Origin: Eledone cirrhosa
Lineage: Eukaryota
Direction of reading: 5' to 3'
Assembly (NCBI GenBank): GCA_964016885.1
Contig: OZ024747.1
Coordinates: 7,130,001-7,194,000 of the forward strand
Length of the DNA: 64,000 nt
Shown: positions 41,041-56,214 of the stretch, in pieces
How the letters are laid out: every line of letters begins with the position of its first letter
Numbering within the stretch: position 1 is the stretch's first letter
The notes under the pieces: generated by a model
The model's database searches: none
The model's input: only the letters and a program-made list of their open reading frames with translations
Told to the model about the DNA's origin: nothing
Position numbers and translations under genes: made by a program

Positions 41041-41894
41041 TTCTATCGACGCTGACTCAACAGCAACAACATGGCTATCAACATCACCAAAATTCTAGGA
41101 AGGTGCAACAATACTTAAAACAAGATTTGAACTATCAAAGACGATATTTTAGAGAGAAAAAAAATCTACAAATTATTTATACTTATTTCACTTAAGGATT
41201 TGACATCCGCAAAAAATTTGAAACGATCGTTTTGTTGTTATTGTTATTGTTGCTTTTGGTATTGTTTAGCCCTTGGTCAATCCTGGTCAAAACAGACGTA
41301 TAGCTTCTTTTTAGAGTTATCAAAAACTAAATTTTCTAATGTGTCCCCTCCACTTTTAAGACAGCTTAGTGCTTATTTGAGGGAGATTTGGTAGCAATTT
41401 CTGGCAGGTCAAACGACTACGTAGTGGCTCCATCGTCGGCTTATGTTGTCATTGTTGTCGTCAGAGGTAATATTGGTGGTCGTGAAGATAAAAACTTCTG
41501 GAGGTGAAACAAATATTTTTGTTAATATAAATTTTGATAGTTGTTAATATAAATGTTGATAGTTGGTGTTAGCAAGTGATGATGACAAGTGATTGTAATA
41601 CAGGTATTGTTGTTTAGTCAAAGGTTAGAGCTAAGATCAACTTGATTCCTTGACTGTGAACAGATGTAGTTGAGTTCGGCAGATTCGTCATTCCTCAGCT
41701 TGTCTCTTTGACGGAACTGCAGTCTAGGGTCCAGTGAAGAAAACTCCACAAAACTATTCGTTCTAAAAGCACTTTTTTCCTGGTTCAAGCCGATATTTAC
41801 ACTCTTTGTCAATATATGTAGTCTCCGTCTATTAAATTTCTCTCACGTGGTATTGGTCAACCCGAAGCTATAATAGAAGACGCTTGTACGAAGA

Positions 41895-42192
41895 GTCGTA
41901 CAGTTGGATCAAGTGTCGTACAGTTGGATCAAGTGTCGTACAGTTGGATAAAGTGTCGTACAGTGGGATCAAGTGTCGTACAGTGGGATCAAGTGTTGTA
42001 CAGTGGGATCAAGTGTCGTACAGTTGGATAAAGTGTTGTACAGTGGGATCAAGTGTCGTACAGTTGGATCAAGTGTCGTACAGTTGGATCAAGTGTCGTA
42101 CAGTTGGATAAAGTGTTGTACAGTGGGATCAAGTGTTGTACAGTTGGATCAAGTATTATACAGCTGGTTCAAATGTTGTACAGTTGGATCAA
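41895..42192. repeat. 20-bp minisatellite (GTCGTACAGTTGGATCAAGT)n, about 15 units, inside a family C SINE
   Basis: Directly visible. Flanks continue SINE sequence on both sides. Confidence 0.95.
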
Positions 42193-42589
42193 ACCCCCAA
42201 ACGGCGTTGTTATCAATGAATTTCTTAACCATATAGCCATGTCTGATATTTGAATCGCATGTAGGTCAATATAATTTTCTCGGGGATGTAAATCTAGGTA
42301 AAGTATCAGATAGATGTAATGAGTAATAGAGCGGAGATTACTTTTGTACCATGAGCTGGTGTAAGTATGACTAGATGTCAGTCGTAGCAGTAAGTAGTTT
42401 CATGGTATTGAGTTCTAAACCAGCAAGAGCGATCTCTAGGGAGCAATACCTTGATATATTTACACCCCACCCATGTATAAGTATATCACACAATTATTCC
42501 CATGAGATATGTTCTGTGTCAATAAGCTGGACTAAAATAATATATATAAACTTGTGTGAGTGTGTATGTTTGCGTGTGTGCATGTATGC

Positions 42590-42644
<55 letters not shown>

Positions 42645-43073
42645 CGTGTGTGCGTGCGTGCGTGCGCGCGCGTGTGTGTGTGTGTTTAAAATTGATTTAA
42701 AATGTTTAAAATGTTTTCAATTTACAAGGAAATTCGTATTTTCTGGCATGTTTACATACCTCCAAATTAGATATGTGTATATATTTATACACATGGTGCA
42801 GATTCAGTTACACACTCTGTATTTATACAAATATAACTTTATCATATATATCTATATATATAAATAGATATACATATAGATATATGTGTGTATATATATA
42901 TATGTATATATATGTATATATATATGAAAAAAAATATATATATAAATGGAATAGAATGAAACGAAATTTCATTTCTCACTCTTAGTACGGCAGTTACTTA
43001 AATGTAAGTATGTATGTATACGTACATACATATATGTATAGATATATGTATGTACGTATACATACATACTTAC

Positions 43074-43104
<31 letters not shown>

Positions 43105-43178
43105 TAGATATATACACACACACTCATATATATATACATACACATATATATATACATGTATATATATATATACACACA

Positions 43179-43230
<52 letters not shown>

Positions 43231-43379
43231 AGGCGTGGTATGTGCGTATACACTTCCTGTTTCATGTCATTCTTCTGAAGTAATTATTTTCACCTCAAAT
43301 TTCCTTCTTATTTTAGCCCCCCCCCCCCTCTTCATTCCGCCATTATCTTACGTTCCTTCCTCTTCTATGTGTCTGGGAG

Positions 43380-45008
43380 TATGTGAGTGTGAATTACTAT
43401 ATGTGAGTGTGAGTATATGTATGTGAGTATGTGTGAGTATGTGTGAGTATGTGTGAGTATATGTGAGTATGTGTGAGTATATGTGAGTGTGAGTATATGT
43501 GACTATGTGTGAGTATATGGGTGTATGTGTGAGTATGTGTGAGTATGAGTTACTATATGTGAGTATGTGTGAGTATATGTATATGTAAGTGTGTGTGAGT
43601 ATGTGTGAGTATGTGTATCTGTGAGTATATGTAAGTGTGAGTATATGTATATGTAAGTATGTGTGAGTATGTGTGAGTATGTGTGAGTATGTGTATGTGT
43701 GAGTATATGGGAGTAAGTGTGAGTATATGTGAGTATGTGTGAGTATATGTGTGTATGTGTGAGTATGTGTGAGTATGTGTGTGGTTATGTGAGTATTTGT
43801 ATGTGTATGGGTATATGTGAGTATGTGTGTGGGTATATGTGAGTATGTGTGTGTGTATATGTGAGTATGTGTGTGGGTATATGTGAGTATGTGTGTGTGG
43901 GTACATGTGAGTATATGTGCGTGCATGTGTGAGTATGTGTGTGTGTATATGTGAGTATGTGTGTGTGTATATGTGAGTATGTGTGTGGGTATGTGTGTGG
44001 GTATATGTGAGTATGTGTGTGTGTATATGTGAGTATGTGTGTGGGTATATGTGAGTATGTGTATGGGTATATGTGAGTATGTGTGTGTATATGTGAGTAT
44101 GTGTGTGGGTATGTGTGAGTATGTGTGTGGGTATATGTGAGTATGTGTGTGGGTATATGTGAGTATGTGTGTGTGTATATGTGAGTATGTGTATGGGTAT
44201 ATGTGAGTATGTGTGTGTATATGTGAGTATGTGTGTGGGTATGTGTGAGTATATGTGTGGGTATATGTGTGTATATGTGTGTATATATGTGAGTATGTGT
44301 GTGGGTATATGTGTGTATATGTGTGTATATATGTGAGTATGTGTGTGTGTATATGTGAGTATGTGTGTGTGTATATGTGAGTATGTGTGTATGTATATGT
44401 GAGTATGTGTGTGGGTATATGTGAGTATGTGTGTGGGTATATGTGAGTATGTGTGTGTGTGTATGTGAGTATGTGTGTGTGTGTGTATATGTATGTGTGT
44501 GTGTATATGTGAGTATGTGTGTCTGTATATGAGTGTCTCTCTGCGTGTGTTTGTATATGTAAGTCTATATTACTCTTTTTCAATGTTCCAGTGTGTGTGT
44601 TTATGTGTATGTGTCTGTGTGTGTGTGTGTGTTTATGTGTATGTGTGTGTGTGTTTATGTGTATGTGTGTGTGTGTTTATGTGTATGTGTGTGTGTTTAT
44701 GTGCATGTGTCTCTGTGTGTGTGTTTATGTGTATGAGTGTGTGTGTGTATGTGTGTGTGTGTTTATGTGTATGTGTCTCTGTGTCTGTGTTTATGTGTAT
44801 GTGTGTGTGTGTGTTTATGTGTATGTGTGTGTGTGTGTGTTTATGTGTATGTGTCTCTGTGTGTGTGTTTATGTGTATGTGTGTGTGTGTGTTTATGTGT
44901 ATGTGTGTGTGTGTGTGTGTGTTTATGTGTATGTGTCTCTGTGTGTGTGTTTATGTGTATGAGTGTGTGTATGTATGTATGTGTGTGTGTTTATGTGTGT
45001 CTGTGTGT
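43380..45008. repeat. Compound TG-derived satellite: (GAGTATGTGT)-type units, then (TTTATGTGTATGTGTG..) units
   Basis: Directly visible. Confidence 0.95.
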
Positions 45009-45079
45009 ATTGAAGAGCTTTTAATTTTTTTTTATTTTTTTCTTAAATTTCTAACATTTATCATATTTCTTGTTACTTC

Positions 45080-45400
<321 letters not shown>

Positions 45401-45685
45401 CGGGCTCCGACTCTTCTTCGACATCTCCTCGGATATGTGAGTTTATATACATGAGACAGATCTCATAAGAGCATTGAGTGCTTCGAACGGCACGCCGCCT
45501 GTAACTGTAATTACACATCTAACTAACACCCCCGCACCACACACACACACACCCACACCACCCCAAACACCCACCCACCCACCCATAGACCCACCCACAC
45601 ACATATATATATATATAATTGGTGTGAGATACTTTAAGCGTCCGTAAGCGGTATGACGTCGCACCCCTGATTCTCAGTTTCTTAT

Positions 45686-45750
<65 letters not shown>

Positions 45751-45787
45751 GCATATATATATACATATATATATATGTATATGTATA

Positions 45788-45832
<45 letters not shown>

Positions 45833-45894
45833 ATATATATATATGTATGTGTATATATATATATATATTTACACACATATATATATATATACAT

Positions 45895-46027
<133 letters not shown>

Positions 46028-46499
46028 TACATACATATGTGTGAGGGCGCGCACGTGCGCATATTATTATATTTTAAAAAGTTATCTTCAATTTTCTGAA
46101 AGCCCAGAATAACTGGGAGGAGGCAGTTTGCCAGCGAGTTTCAGTGATTGTGTTATGGATGCGAAAGTCTTGAAGATAGAGAAAAGTAATGAGAGAGAGG
46201 TGAAGGAAATGGAGGGTGGGTATCTCATTTCGTTCATGGTTTCATGGTTCCATGAAGATATCCACCCATGTGTGTGTGTGTATGTGTATGCATATGTGTG
46301 TGTGTGTGTATGCATATGTGTGTGTGTGTACGTATGTATATGGTCTGAATGTCGGCTCCACTTTCTCCCTCATCTCTCTCTCTATATATATATGTTCTTC
46401 TGGTTTTATAATTTCACAAAGTTTTACCAATAGAGAGAGAGTCGGTTTCTAACATAGACACAAGACTCTCTCATTGGAATTTACACAACACCAACTAGG

Positions 46500-46836
46500 T
46501 AGATATGTATGTATGTCTGTATGTGTAGATATGGATGTTATTGTATGTGTGGATGTGGATGTTTTGAGTTGTATGTGTGCATGTGTACATCTGTATATGT
46601 GTATATGCAGTTATTAGATGCAACATTTTTGGAATGTTTTACATATTTTTACTGTTCCATTAATGGATTGTACTTGTAATTTCCTAACTAGTTGTGTTCT
46701 TTCTGTTCCTGTGAAGCCAGCTTCTCAAGATTTGTATTGAGGCAGTTACTAACAAACCCCAGTGCCCCAATAATCAGCTAATTTCACTACTGTGCATGTT
46801 TTCTTCTCCCTGTCCCATATCATAATATCTGGTCTA
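46500..46836 (-). mobile_element. Internally deleted R4/Dong-type RLE 3' end
   Basis: RPDIMIWDREKKTCTVV / IIGALGFV / LVRKLQVQSINGTVKICKTF, then a TACA-rich tail. Confidence 0.8.
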
Positions 46837-46983
46837 CTACCCTAAGTATCGAGTACTCTGGTGCGTTCTGGTCCACCTGGTATCTTACCACACCTTCTTT
46901 GTTTCATATATATATAAATATATATATAAATCAGGAAAGAAGGTTTACATGGTTTGCTATACAAAAAAGTTTTTATTAACATA

Positions 46984-47089
46984 GCTTACATTTGTTTCAC
47001 TGAACTGGTATGTCTAGAAATCGCTATCCGCCTAATTTTGCGTCATTCGATCGCCAATACAGAATTATAACCAGTCAGATCTTCGGAGC
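46984..47089 (-). ncRNA. Hammerhead-like motif with long stem II (PLE pLTR)
   Basis: GCT-CCGAAGA-TCTGACTGGT...ACCAGTTCAGT-GAAA-CAAATG-TA-AGC. Core has a U4-to-C change. Confidence 0.6.
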
Positions 47090-47208
47090 ATGCGAGAATG
47101 AAGAAAATACACAGGCAAGAAAAGAAAAGAAAATATGGAGTAGTTATGGCATTCAATTAGAACAATAACAACAACATGGACTGCATTTAACTATTATTTG
47201 TTAATCCG

Positions 47209-47279
<71 letters not shown>

Positions 47280-48169
47280 ACATATATATTATGCCCGAAA
47301 CGTCCCCCCCCCCCCCACACTCTCAAGCGTGAACCTAATACTAACACTTTGTTCTTGTTTTCTGTTTTAACTATAATATATATATATTTCATTAAGACTA
47401 ACTAGTAAGTCTTGTTACTCTGGAGTTTCGCCTATTTATCACAGGAGACACGGAAACACATGTCTGAGGATCAAAAGAACAATGCCGTATTACCTTCACG
47501 TCATGATGCAGAAGTCTGCTGCTATTTCACAGCCTCAAATGCTGCCAAGTATCAACTGATCGCATGTTCAGATCGAGTTTATTCTCTAAACGAAAAGAAT
47601 TTCTATTAATTTCTTCAGTTTTAAAATCCAATTTATTAGGAAACCTTTTGACAATGGATTACCGATTTATTTTATCCAATTTTTATTTATATATTTTATG
47701 GCGGTTATGTTCAGCTCCCCTCCCCCACACTTTAAAGGTATATTATCAAACACATATCGAGACTAGTGTATATTTCTATGAGTCAACAAATAGGCATCTA
47801 CGTTGTAACGCAATATGTTAAAATTAACAGCCAAATTTATTTTTTTATCAAAGATTTTCTTGATCAGATCTGATTTGGAGTTAAACAACAAAAGCCACAA
47901 CAATGATACATATTTCATCAATGTGGTTAGGTGAATTCTTACACAAATAGTTATAACATTTGTTTAAGTTATCGTCAGCTACTACATCAACATTGTCTAC
48001 AAAGTATCGCTAACACAGAGATAATGTTTATCAAATGCTGATAATTTTATAAAATAGCCAAACAGTGTTTATATAAATAGATACCTTGAATCCAGAAATA
48101 TTTTCTTTGTAGGCGACCTGAAGTTCTATATAAAGTAATCAACATCAACAAGTAATTGGATCTCATTAT

Positions 48170-48636
48170 TTAACTTTGCCTTTCATCCTTACGGTGTCGA
48201 TAAAATAAAGTACCAGTAATGTACTGGGTAATTGCTGGCCTTGTGCCAAAAGTAGAAACAATTATTTAATATTGGCAGTATCGGTAGAGGGTCGGACGCC
48301 ATGCTTTGACGCATAGAGTTACGGCCCTTGCCATTCTGAGTTCAAATCCCGCCGAGGTTAACTTTGCCTTTCATCCTTACGGGGTCGATAAAATAAAGTA
48401 CCAGTAATGTACTGGAATAATTGCTGGCCTTGTGCCAAAAGTAGAAACAATTATTTAATATTTCAACGGCGGTGGATTGGCAATATAAGTAGAGCGTCAG
48501 ACGCTATGCTTTACAGCATAGAGTTGTGGCTCTTTACATTCTGAGTTCAACTTTGCCTTTCATCCTTACGGGGCCGAACAAATAAAGCACCAGTAATGCA
48601 CTGGGGGTAATTGTGCCAAAAGTAGAAACAATTATC
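48170..48636 (+). mobile_element. Three head-to-tail SINE family A copies
   Basis: Copies at about 48170-48265, 48271-48455 and 48468-48636. Confidence 0.92.
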
Positions 48637-48659
48637 TAATATTTCAAAGACATTGAAAC

Positions 48660-49705
48660 GAGGAAAACTTGTGCTGGCAACAAAGCTAAACATGAACAGC
48701 TTAACAGCCTAATATAGCCTGTATATTCGAATGAGAACTACAAATGTCTCGGACAAGATGAGACTGTGGATTAGTTTGACCCTCTTAATTAGGTGAGGAT
48801 AACATTTAAAATTTCCAGGGTTCAAAGAAAATATAACCAGCAGCACACTCAGCCTACAACAAGCATATTTATCACAACACGTTTGAAGTACTTATCCTGA
48901 CAACTGACTTTAACCTTCTGAATTAGGTACTACAAGGCGTTAACGAGATAGATGTAAGAACTCTGCAACTCTTTAGTGTTGAAGGATATTTCAACATCAA
49001 CGTGAATGTAAATAGATTATATTTCTTCACTGGCGGACAACGGCCATAGCCTTAAATCACAAGATACTCGGAGTGGAACACCAAAGCAACAACTCCAGTT
49101 GAACAAAAAAGAAGACATTCAGCAACTAACTCATTGAAATTTACGAGTATAGAAATAAAAACTAGCAGTGGCATAGCTGCTGATGGTGAGGAGGAACACA
49201 ATATAAAGATTGATATAGATATATTAAATATCCTACTTAACAAGAAAATCAGAAAATAGACCAATTCACTGAGAAGGTTTTACAGGAAAAACACATACTA
49301 TGGATAAAATAAAGTAAGCTAAACGTCGGGCAGGGAATACTGATATGTGAATAATATTTCACCTTGAAAGTTACTTCCATACAATCCAAGAGTAAGAAAT
49401 TTCCACTAAGTATCTTATACAGGAAAAACAAAGCACCAACTGATAACAGATGTTGGCTGTACAAAACCAAGATTCTAAATATTAGTTACAACATTGCCAA
49501 CTGTAAGAGATTATCGTTGAGGTACTTTGGAATAGAATAGGAAATAATTACAAATAAAGACCAATGGATCAAAACAAGAAGAGAAGAAGATATTTACGAA
49601 CTATTGATGTGAACTTTGCTTGTTATGAACGATACATCAAAAGTAGTACTTAAGAATAAACACAACCAAATTAAAATACAGCCGGCCTGATACAGTTGTT
49701 TGAGT
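48660..49705 (+). mobile_element. Decayed R4/Dong-type LINE, post-RT region
   Basis: FNINVNVNRLY (48989), HLESYFHTIQE*EISTKYL, TDNRCWLYKT..IANCKRL, KYSRPD (49675). Confidence 0.65.
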
Positions 49706-49725
49706 TCACAATATATATATTTTTT

Positions 49726-49857
49726 AATATAGAAAGGCTTCTACAGGTCTAGAACTGTTTCATTTGGTAGAAATCATCAGGTAGAAATAATTATTTGGCT
49801 TCCTGATGATTTCTACCAAATGTAACAGTTCTAGTCCTGTAGAAGCCTTTCTATATT
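49726..49857. mobile_element. Head-to-head inverted PLE pLTR pieces, each beginning at a hammerhead core
   Basis: 56-bp arms, 20-nt spacer. Minus arm reads CCTGATGA-TTT-CTACC-AAAT-GAAA-CAGTT; plus arm has GAAA changed to GTAA. Confidence 0.8.
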
Positions 49858-49869
49858 GAATATAAATTA

Positions 49870-50285
49870 AAAAACGGTTTAAATAATCACCTGTTCTATT
49901 GCTGTCACCTGTTCTGTTGCTGTTGCCGACGGTTTCACCAATCCAAAAATTGGAAATCCAGAGAATTTCCAATGACAAAACGTTGTATAGTGCTGCCAAT
50001 TTTAGTGGCAGTATCAGCAAGTTTATAATAAACAGCTCTTACTTGCGACCTGATTTTGCGTGTGTGTCATTTTAACGGCCTGACCGCATGCGTTAGGCAG
50101 GAAGCGAAATATTGACTTACTGTAAGACTAGCAACCTTATAGTATGGAAATAAGTTGTCTGAAGATCCAATTCTTTCCATTGGAAATTCTCTGGATTTCC
50201 AATTTTTGGATTGGTGAAACCGTCGGTAACAGCAATAGAACAGGTGACAGCAATAGAACAGGTGATTATTTAAATCGTTTTTTTT
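49870..50285. mobile_element. PLE pLTR with hammerhead (50154-50230 +) and an upstream inverted partial copy (49870-49974)
   Basis: GTTGT-CTGAAGA-T-CCAAT...ATTGG-T-GAAA-CC-GTC-GGTAAC. About 105-bp inverted arms. Confidence 0.75.
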
Positions 50286-50434
50286 TAAATTTATTTAGAG
50301 AATTGTTTGATAATTGCTTGCTCCGCTCTTTTTATATTGTTCTGGTATCTCAAATTGGTACCATCGAACCACAACTATTATAAACACCTTGCATATTTCT
50401 ATAGGTACCTAGTGCCTGTTCAAGTATCCATCCC

Positions 50435-50499
<65 letters not shown>

Positions 50500-50518
50500 T
50501 TATATATATATATATATA

Positions 50519-51059
<541 letters not shown>

Positions 51060-51074
51060 ATATATATATATATG

Positions 51075-51164
<90 letters not shown>

Positions 51165-51167
<3 letters not shown>

Positions 51168-51765
51168 ACAACAGATTAAAAATATGCTCTATTGTAAGAG
51201 TCAGCTGCCCACTAGAAGTCAATGTTCAGAGAGATGGGGAGGGCGGGAGAGATGGAGGCGATGACAGTGGCAGTGGGAGTTTGGCTCTTCCGTATTCGGA
51301 CAATGTTCCAAAAGACTGCCAGAAGACACAAGAGAATGAGTCTTTCTACAGTCTTTCTACAGTCTTTCTACAGTATTTCTACAGACCATTGATGAGGAGT
51401 TTGTAGATACAGTACACAAAACACACGTTCGATATCGTACATATTGTTATTGGAACTATAGGATATATACCAAACTTCCTGGCCCAAAGTGGGGCTGAAC
51501 TTGGGATCTTGGAGAAAGTATGCAGCTCCTTAATTCATAAACTATAAATGGCGAAGATATCTGGAGCCTTTAAAAATCTGTAAAACTTTCTTATGATTGA
51601 AAGGATGAACATTTCTTCTTCTTTACAACCTTGCCGTCGGGAAGGTAACCGGTTAAAAATAAACTCAAAATGAAGGGAGACAACATACATACATACATAC
51701 ACACATACATACATACATACATACATACATACATACATACATACATACATACATACATACATACA
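51165..51765 (+). mobile_element. R4/Dong-type RLE 3' end with (TACA)n tail
   Basis: [32 protein letters not shown]. 3' UTR is homologous to 23153-23232. Confidence 0.85.
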
Positions 51766-51816
51766 CACGTGTTGAATGTGTTTGTATGTATGTATATAAA
51801 TGAATCTATATATATA

Positions 51817-51889
<73 letters not shown>

Positions 51890-52004
51890 ATATATATATA
51901 TATATATACACAGGCACACATACACACACACACATATACACACACTCACATACACACACATATATATATATGTATATATATGTGTATATATATGTATATA
52001 TATG

Positions 52005-52036
<32 letters not shown>

Positions 52037-52054
52037 TATGTGTATATATATATA

Positions 52055-52157
<103 letters not shown>

Positions 52158-52324
52158 AATGACGAGGGAGACGTTAACAAGAATCGGACAAGCAGAAAGT
52201 ATTTATCGTGTTAGGCAGCTAACCGGTTTGAAATTGAATACAACATAAAATACGAAGTGGAAATTGGTTTGTCATATCTCCGGGCTAGGAAGATAGGTAC
52301 TGAGGGGATATTGCATTCCATATA

Positions 52325-52368
<44 letters not shown>

Positions 52369-52526
52369 CCCAGGTTCAATCGGGGGTAGCCACAGTAAGG
52401 TACTCAATACAAAGCAGAGTATATAAATATTTAATATATTAAATATATACATATATATACATATATATGTATACATATATGTATACATATATGTATACAT
52501 ATATATATATACATATATATATATAC

Positions 52527-52606
<80 letters not shown>

Positions 52607-52655
52607 CTGTATATATATATATATCATCATCATTGTTAAACGTCCATTTTCGCTA

Positions 52656-52727
<72 letters not shown>

Positions 52728-52891
52728 ATGTGTGTGTATGTGTGTATGTATGCGTATCCATAGAGTAAACAATAGAAAGTCGTGTTCACTAAACGAATAC
52801 GATTCGCCTAAAATATAACAGCGTGTTAATAACCGAATGGCGTGGTTAAACACACTTTCCTAGAACAGATGATAGATATCAGCTAAATAAA

Positions 52892-52951
<60 letters not shown>

Positions 52952-53025
52952 CGGGTAGTCAAGTATGAAATTTGTAGAAATTTGTAAAACAAAAACAAAT
53001 TTCTACAAATATTATACTTGACGAC

Positions 53026-53069
<44 letters not shown>

Positions 53070-53246
53070 CACACACATATATATATATCTGCCCCTCCCC
53101 CCAGTTCCACCGCCCCTGCACATATATTTATGTATATATAATTTTTTTAAAATTATGCTCTGTATCTTTTCCTAAGGGGTTAATATATCTCGTGCTTCTT
53201 CGCATTTGGTAAGAAACTGGTATTATACCCAACTTATTCATCTCCT

Positions 53247-53322
<76 letters not shown>

Positions 53323-53323
53323 A

Positions 53324-53361
<38 letters not shown>

Positions 53362-53362
<1 letters not shown>

Positions 53363-53515
53363 ATTGTTTCTACTTTAGGCACAAGGCCAGCAATTACCCA
53401 GTGCATTACTGGTACTTTATTTTATCGACCCCTTTTATCGGCAAAGTCAACCTCGGCGGGATTTGAACTCAGATCGTAAAGGGACGTAACTATGCTGGAA
53501 AGCATGACGTCTGAC
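53362..53515 (-). mobile_element. SINE family A
   Basis: Consensus match. Confidence 0.88.
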
Positions 53516-53827
53516 TGGGGAGCTTTGTTTCACCTGTGCACTCAGAGGATCACCAGTCTGGTAGTCGTGTGAATATGCAGGTGAAACTCCACTCTACACC
53601 ACCACCCTACACGGAATTCTCTTCCGATACCCCTCTTTATATCAATTAACACCATACTCTCCCCCTCTCTATATTTACCACACAACAACCCTCTCTTCCA
53701 ATCCCCCTCTCTAAATCAATCACCAGTAAACTCTTCCCCTCTGTCTATTACATAAAACACTCTCTCAATACTCCCCTCCATATATCTACCATACAACACT
53801 CTCTATGAATAATCTCTCTACAAGACA

Positions 53828-54400
53828 CAAGAGAACGAAAATATCTACAGACATTTGATGAGGAGTTTCTAGATCCAATTCCCAAAACACCATCATTTTC
53901 ATACTTGTTTTATTGCGCATTCACAAGTGAAGGCGCATGGCTTAGTGGTTAGAGCATTGGACTTGCAGTCGAAGGGTTGTGAGTTCAATTCTCGGACCGG
54001 GTGATGTGTTGTTTCCTTGAGCAAGACACTTTATTTCACGTTGTTTCAGTTTACTCAGCTGTAGAAGGCCAGCTAAACCTGCATAGGTGCGAGCTGTCTC
54101 ACACACACACACACACACACTGTTGGGGCTACAGGTTATATACTAACCTACCTGGACCAAAGTATTGGTGAACTTGGATTCTTGGAAAAAGAATGCTGCC
54201 CCATAAGGTACAAAAGACACCAATATCTATAATCTTTAAAGTCTGCAAATATTGTTTGCAATTCAAAGATGGCGATTGCACAAGAGACGACAAAAATTCC
54301 TTTTTCTTTACAACTTTGCCGTTGGGAAGGTGACTGGTCAGAGGTAAACTTTAGAAGAAAGAAAACACATAAATACAAACACTAACATACAGACACAGAC
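53828..54400 (+). mobile_element. R4/Dong-type 3' end interrupted by a family B SINE (about 53929-54066)
   Basis: NIYRHLMRSF..; resumes at VGATGYI..LDQS..ELGF. 3' UTR TTTACAAC.TTGCC.T.GGAAGGT as in the 23153 and 51165 copies. Confidence 0.8.
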
Positions 54401-54886
54401 ACACGCACACACATATATTTGTATATATATATATACAAATATATGTGTGTCCCTGAAATCGATGAACATAAGTTCTGTGAAATCTCGTTCACGATTTCAC
54501 AGAACTTATGTTCATCGATTTTGGGGGACTTGACTCCTTCTTCCTCCCGTTTGTCCTGTGCGAAATTCTTTCCTTGCTCACATTTCGAGCAGGTTTGATG
54601 GTCTTTATTCTCTCTCGTCCACGATTTCACAGAACTTTTGTTCATCGATTTCAGGGACTTAACTCCTTCTTCCTCACTTTTCGTTGCATTACCATCTTTG
54701 ATTGTTTACTGTCTCGCTCGTTCCCCTTATTTACGTGTCCCAACGACTTTCTTTATCCGTTGCTCACACCAACCGGAGGTATATGGTCTTTAAAGCGATG
54801 AAATACCAATGAAGGTTGGAAGATCACTGATGAAGGACTAAATTTATTCATATGTAACCCATTTGCAACCACGCAGCACGCCATTT

Positions 54887-54928
<42 letters not shown>

Positions 54929-54952
54929 ATATAATATAATATAATATAATAT

Positions 54953-55001
<49 letters not shown>

Positions 55002-55089
55002 TATATTGTATTATATTATATTATACATACATATATATATATATAATATATTATATTGTATTATATATATATATATATATATATAATAT

Positions 55090-55124
<35 letters not shown>

Positions 55125-55126
<2 letters not shown>

Positions 55127-55389
55127 GGAGGCACGTGGCCTAGTGGTAAGGGTATTGGACTTACGAACATAAAGTCGTGGGCTCGATTCCTGGGTTGTCT
55201 GTTGTGTCCTTGAGTAAAACACTTCATTTCACGTTGCTCCAGTATACTCACCTGAAAATGAGTACCAGTAATAGCTGGAGGTTTAACCCTGCGATGGACT
55301 GGCATCCTGTCCAGGGGGGAGTTTTGTACTCTTAGCCGCTTGAAACCGGGATAAGCACCGGCTAAATGAGCCTTCTGGCTTAAGACAGT

Positions 55390-55393
<4 letters not shown>
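55125..55393 (+). mobile_element. tRNA-derived SINE family B (composite central domains)
   Basis: A box TGGCCTAGTGG, B-box-like GGCTCGATTCC, TTGTGTCCTTGAGTAAAACACTT block, and V-domain-like CCCTGCGATGGACTGGCATCCTGTCCAGGG. Flanked by (TA)n. Confidence 0.85.
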
Positions 55394-55441
<48 letters not shown>

Positions 55442-55789
55442 AGAAGGAGAAAGATAAGCAAAGACAATACTCTTACAAATATACACTTAACTATATCACG
55501 ATAAGCATCTAAGTACACAACTATTCAAATCTCTATGTAAATATGTATTTATATATTTAGGAGTGTGCGTGTGTGTGTGTGCGAGTTTGTCTATGTGTGA
55601 CTATGTGTGTATGATAAGTATGGCAAAGCTCTAAATACTCTCACAAGTATATCTGTAACTATACGCAATATAAGTGTATATAAGCATAGATTATATCTAA
55701 GTGTGTGTGTATATATCTATCTATCTATCTATATATATATATATATATATAAATTAATATGTATGTGATGAAACACAGATACCAACACA

Positions 55790-55858
<69 letters not shown>

Positions 55859-55886
55859 ATATATATACATATATATATATATATAT

Positions 55887-56020
55887 AACGGAGGAAATAT
55901 GGTAAGGAACCAGGTGGACCATAACGCACCAAAGTACTCAATACTTAGGGTAGTAGAGTGGGTAATAGGAACGAGTAGGACCCCGACGGAATTAGCCGTC
56001 GGGGTCCTACTCGTTCCTAT
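55887..56020 (+). repeat. Short interspersed element ending in a perfect 25-bp hairpin (paralogs at 57931-58093 and 46832-46897)
   Basis: Shared ACCATAACGCAC.A.AGTACTCAATACTTAGGGTAGTAG. Hairpin arms 55965-55989 / 55996-56020. Confidence 0.8.
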
Positions 56021-56023
56021 ATA

Positions 56024-56057
<34 letters not shown>

Positions 56058-56069
56058 CATATATATATC

Positions 56070-56115
<46 letters not shown>

Positions 56116-56152
56116 TTGGGAAAAAAACAAGATAAAGAAGGTATATAAGGTG

Positions 56153-56214
<62 letters not shown>

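Noticed and set aside
47487-47586. Minus-strand exon with good splice sites
   Set aside because: Stop codons in all three frames. Cannot be supported as coding without transcripts.
53929-54003. tRNA gene
   Set aside because: A/B boxes are present, but it continues into a SINE body and lacks a good acceptor stem. The same holds for the family A heads.
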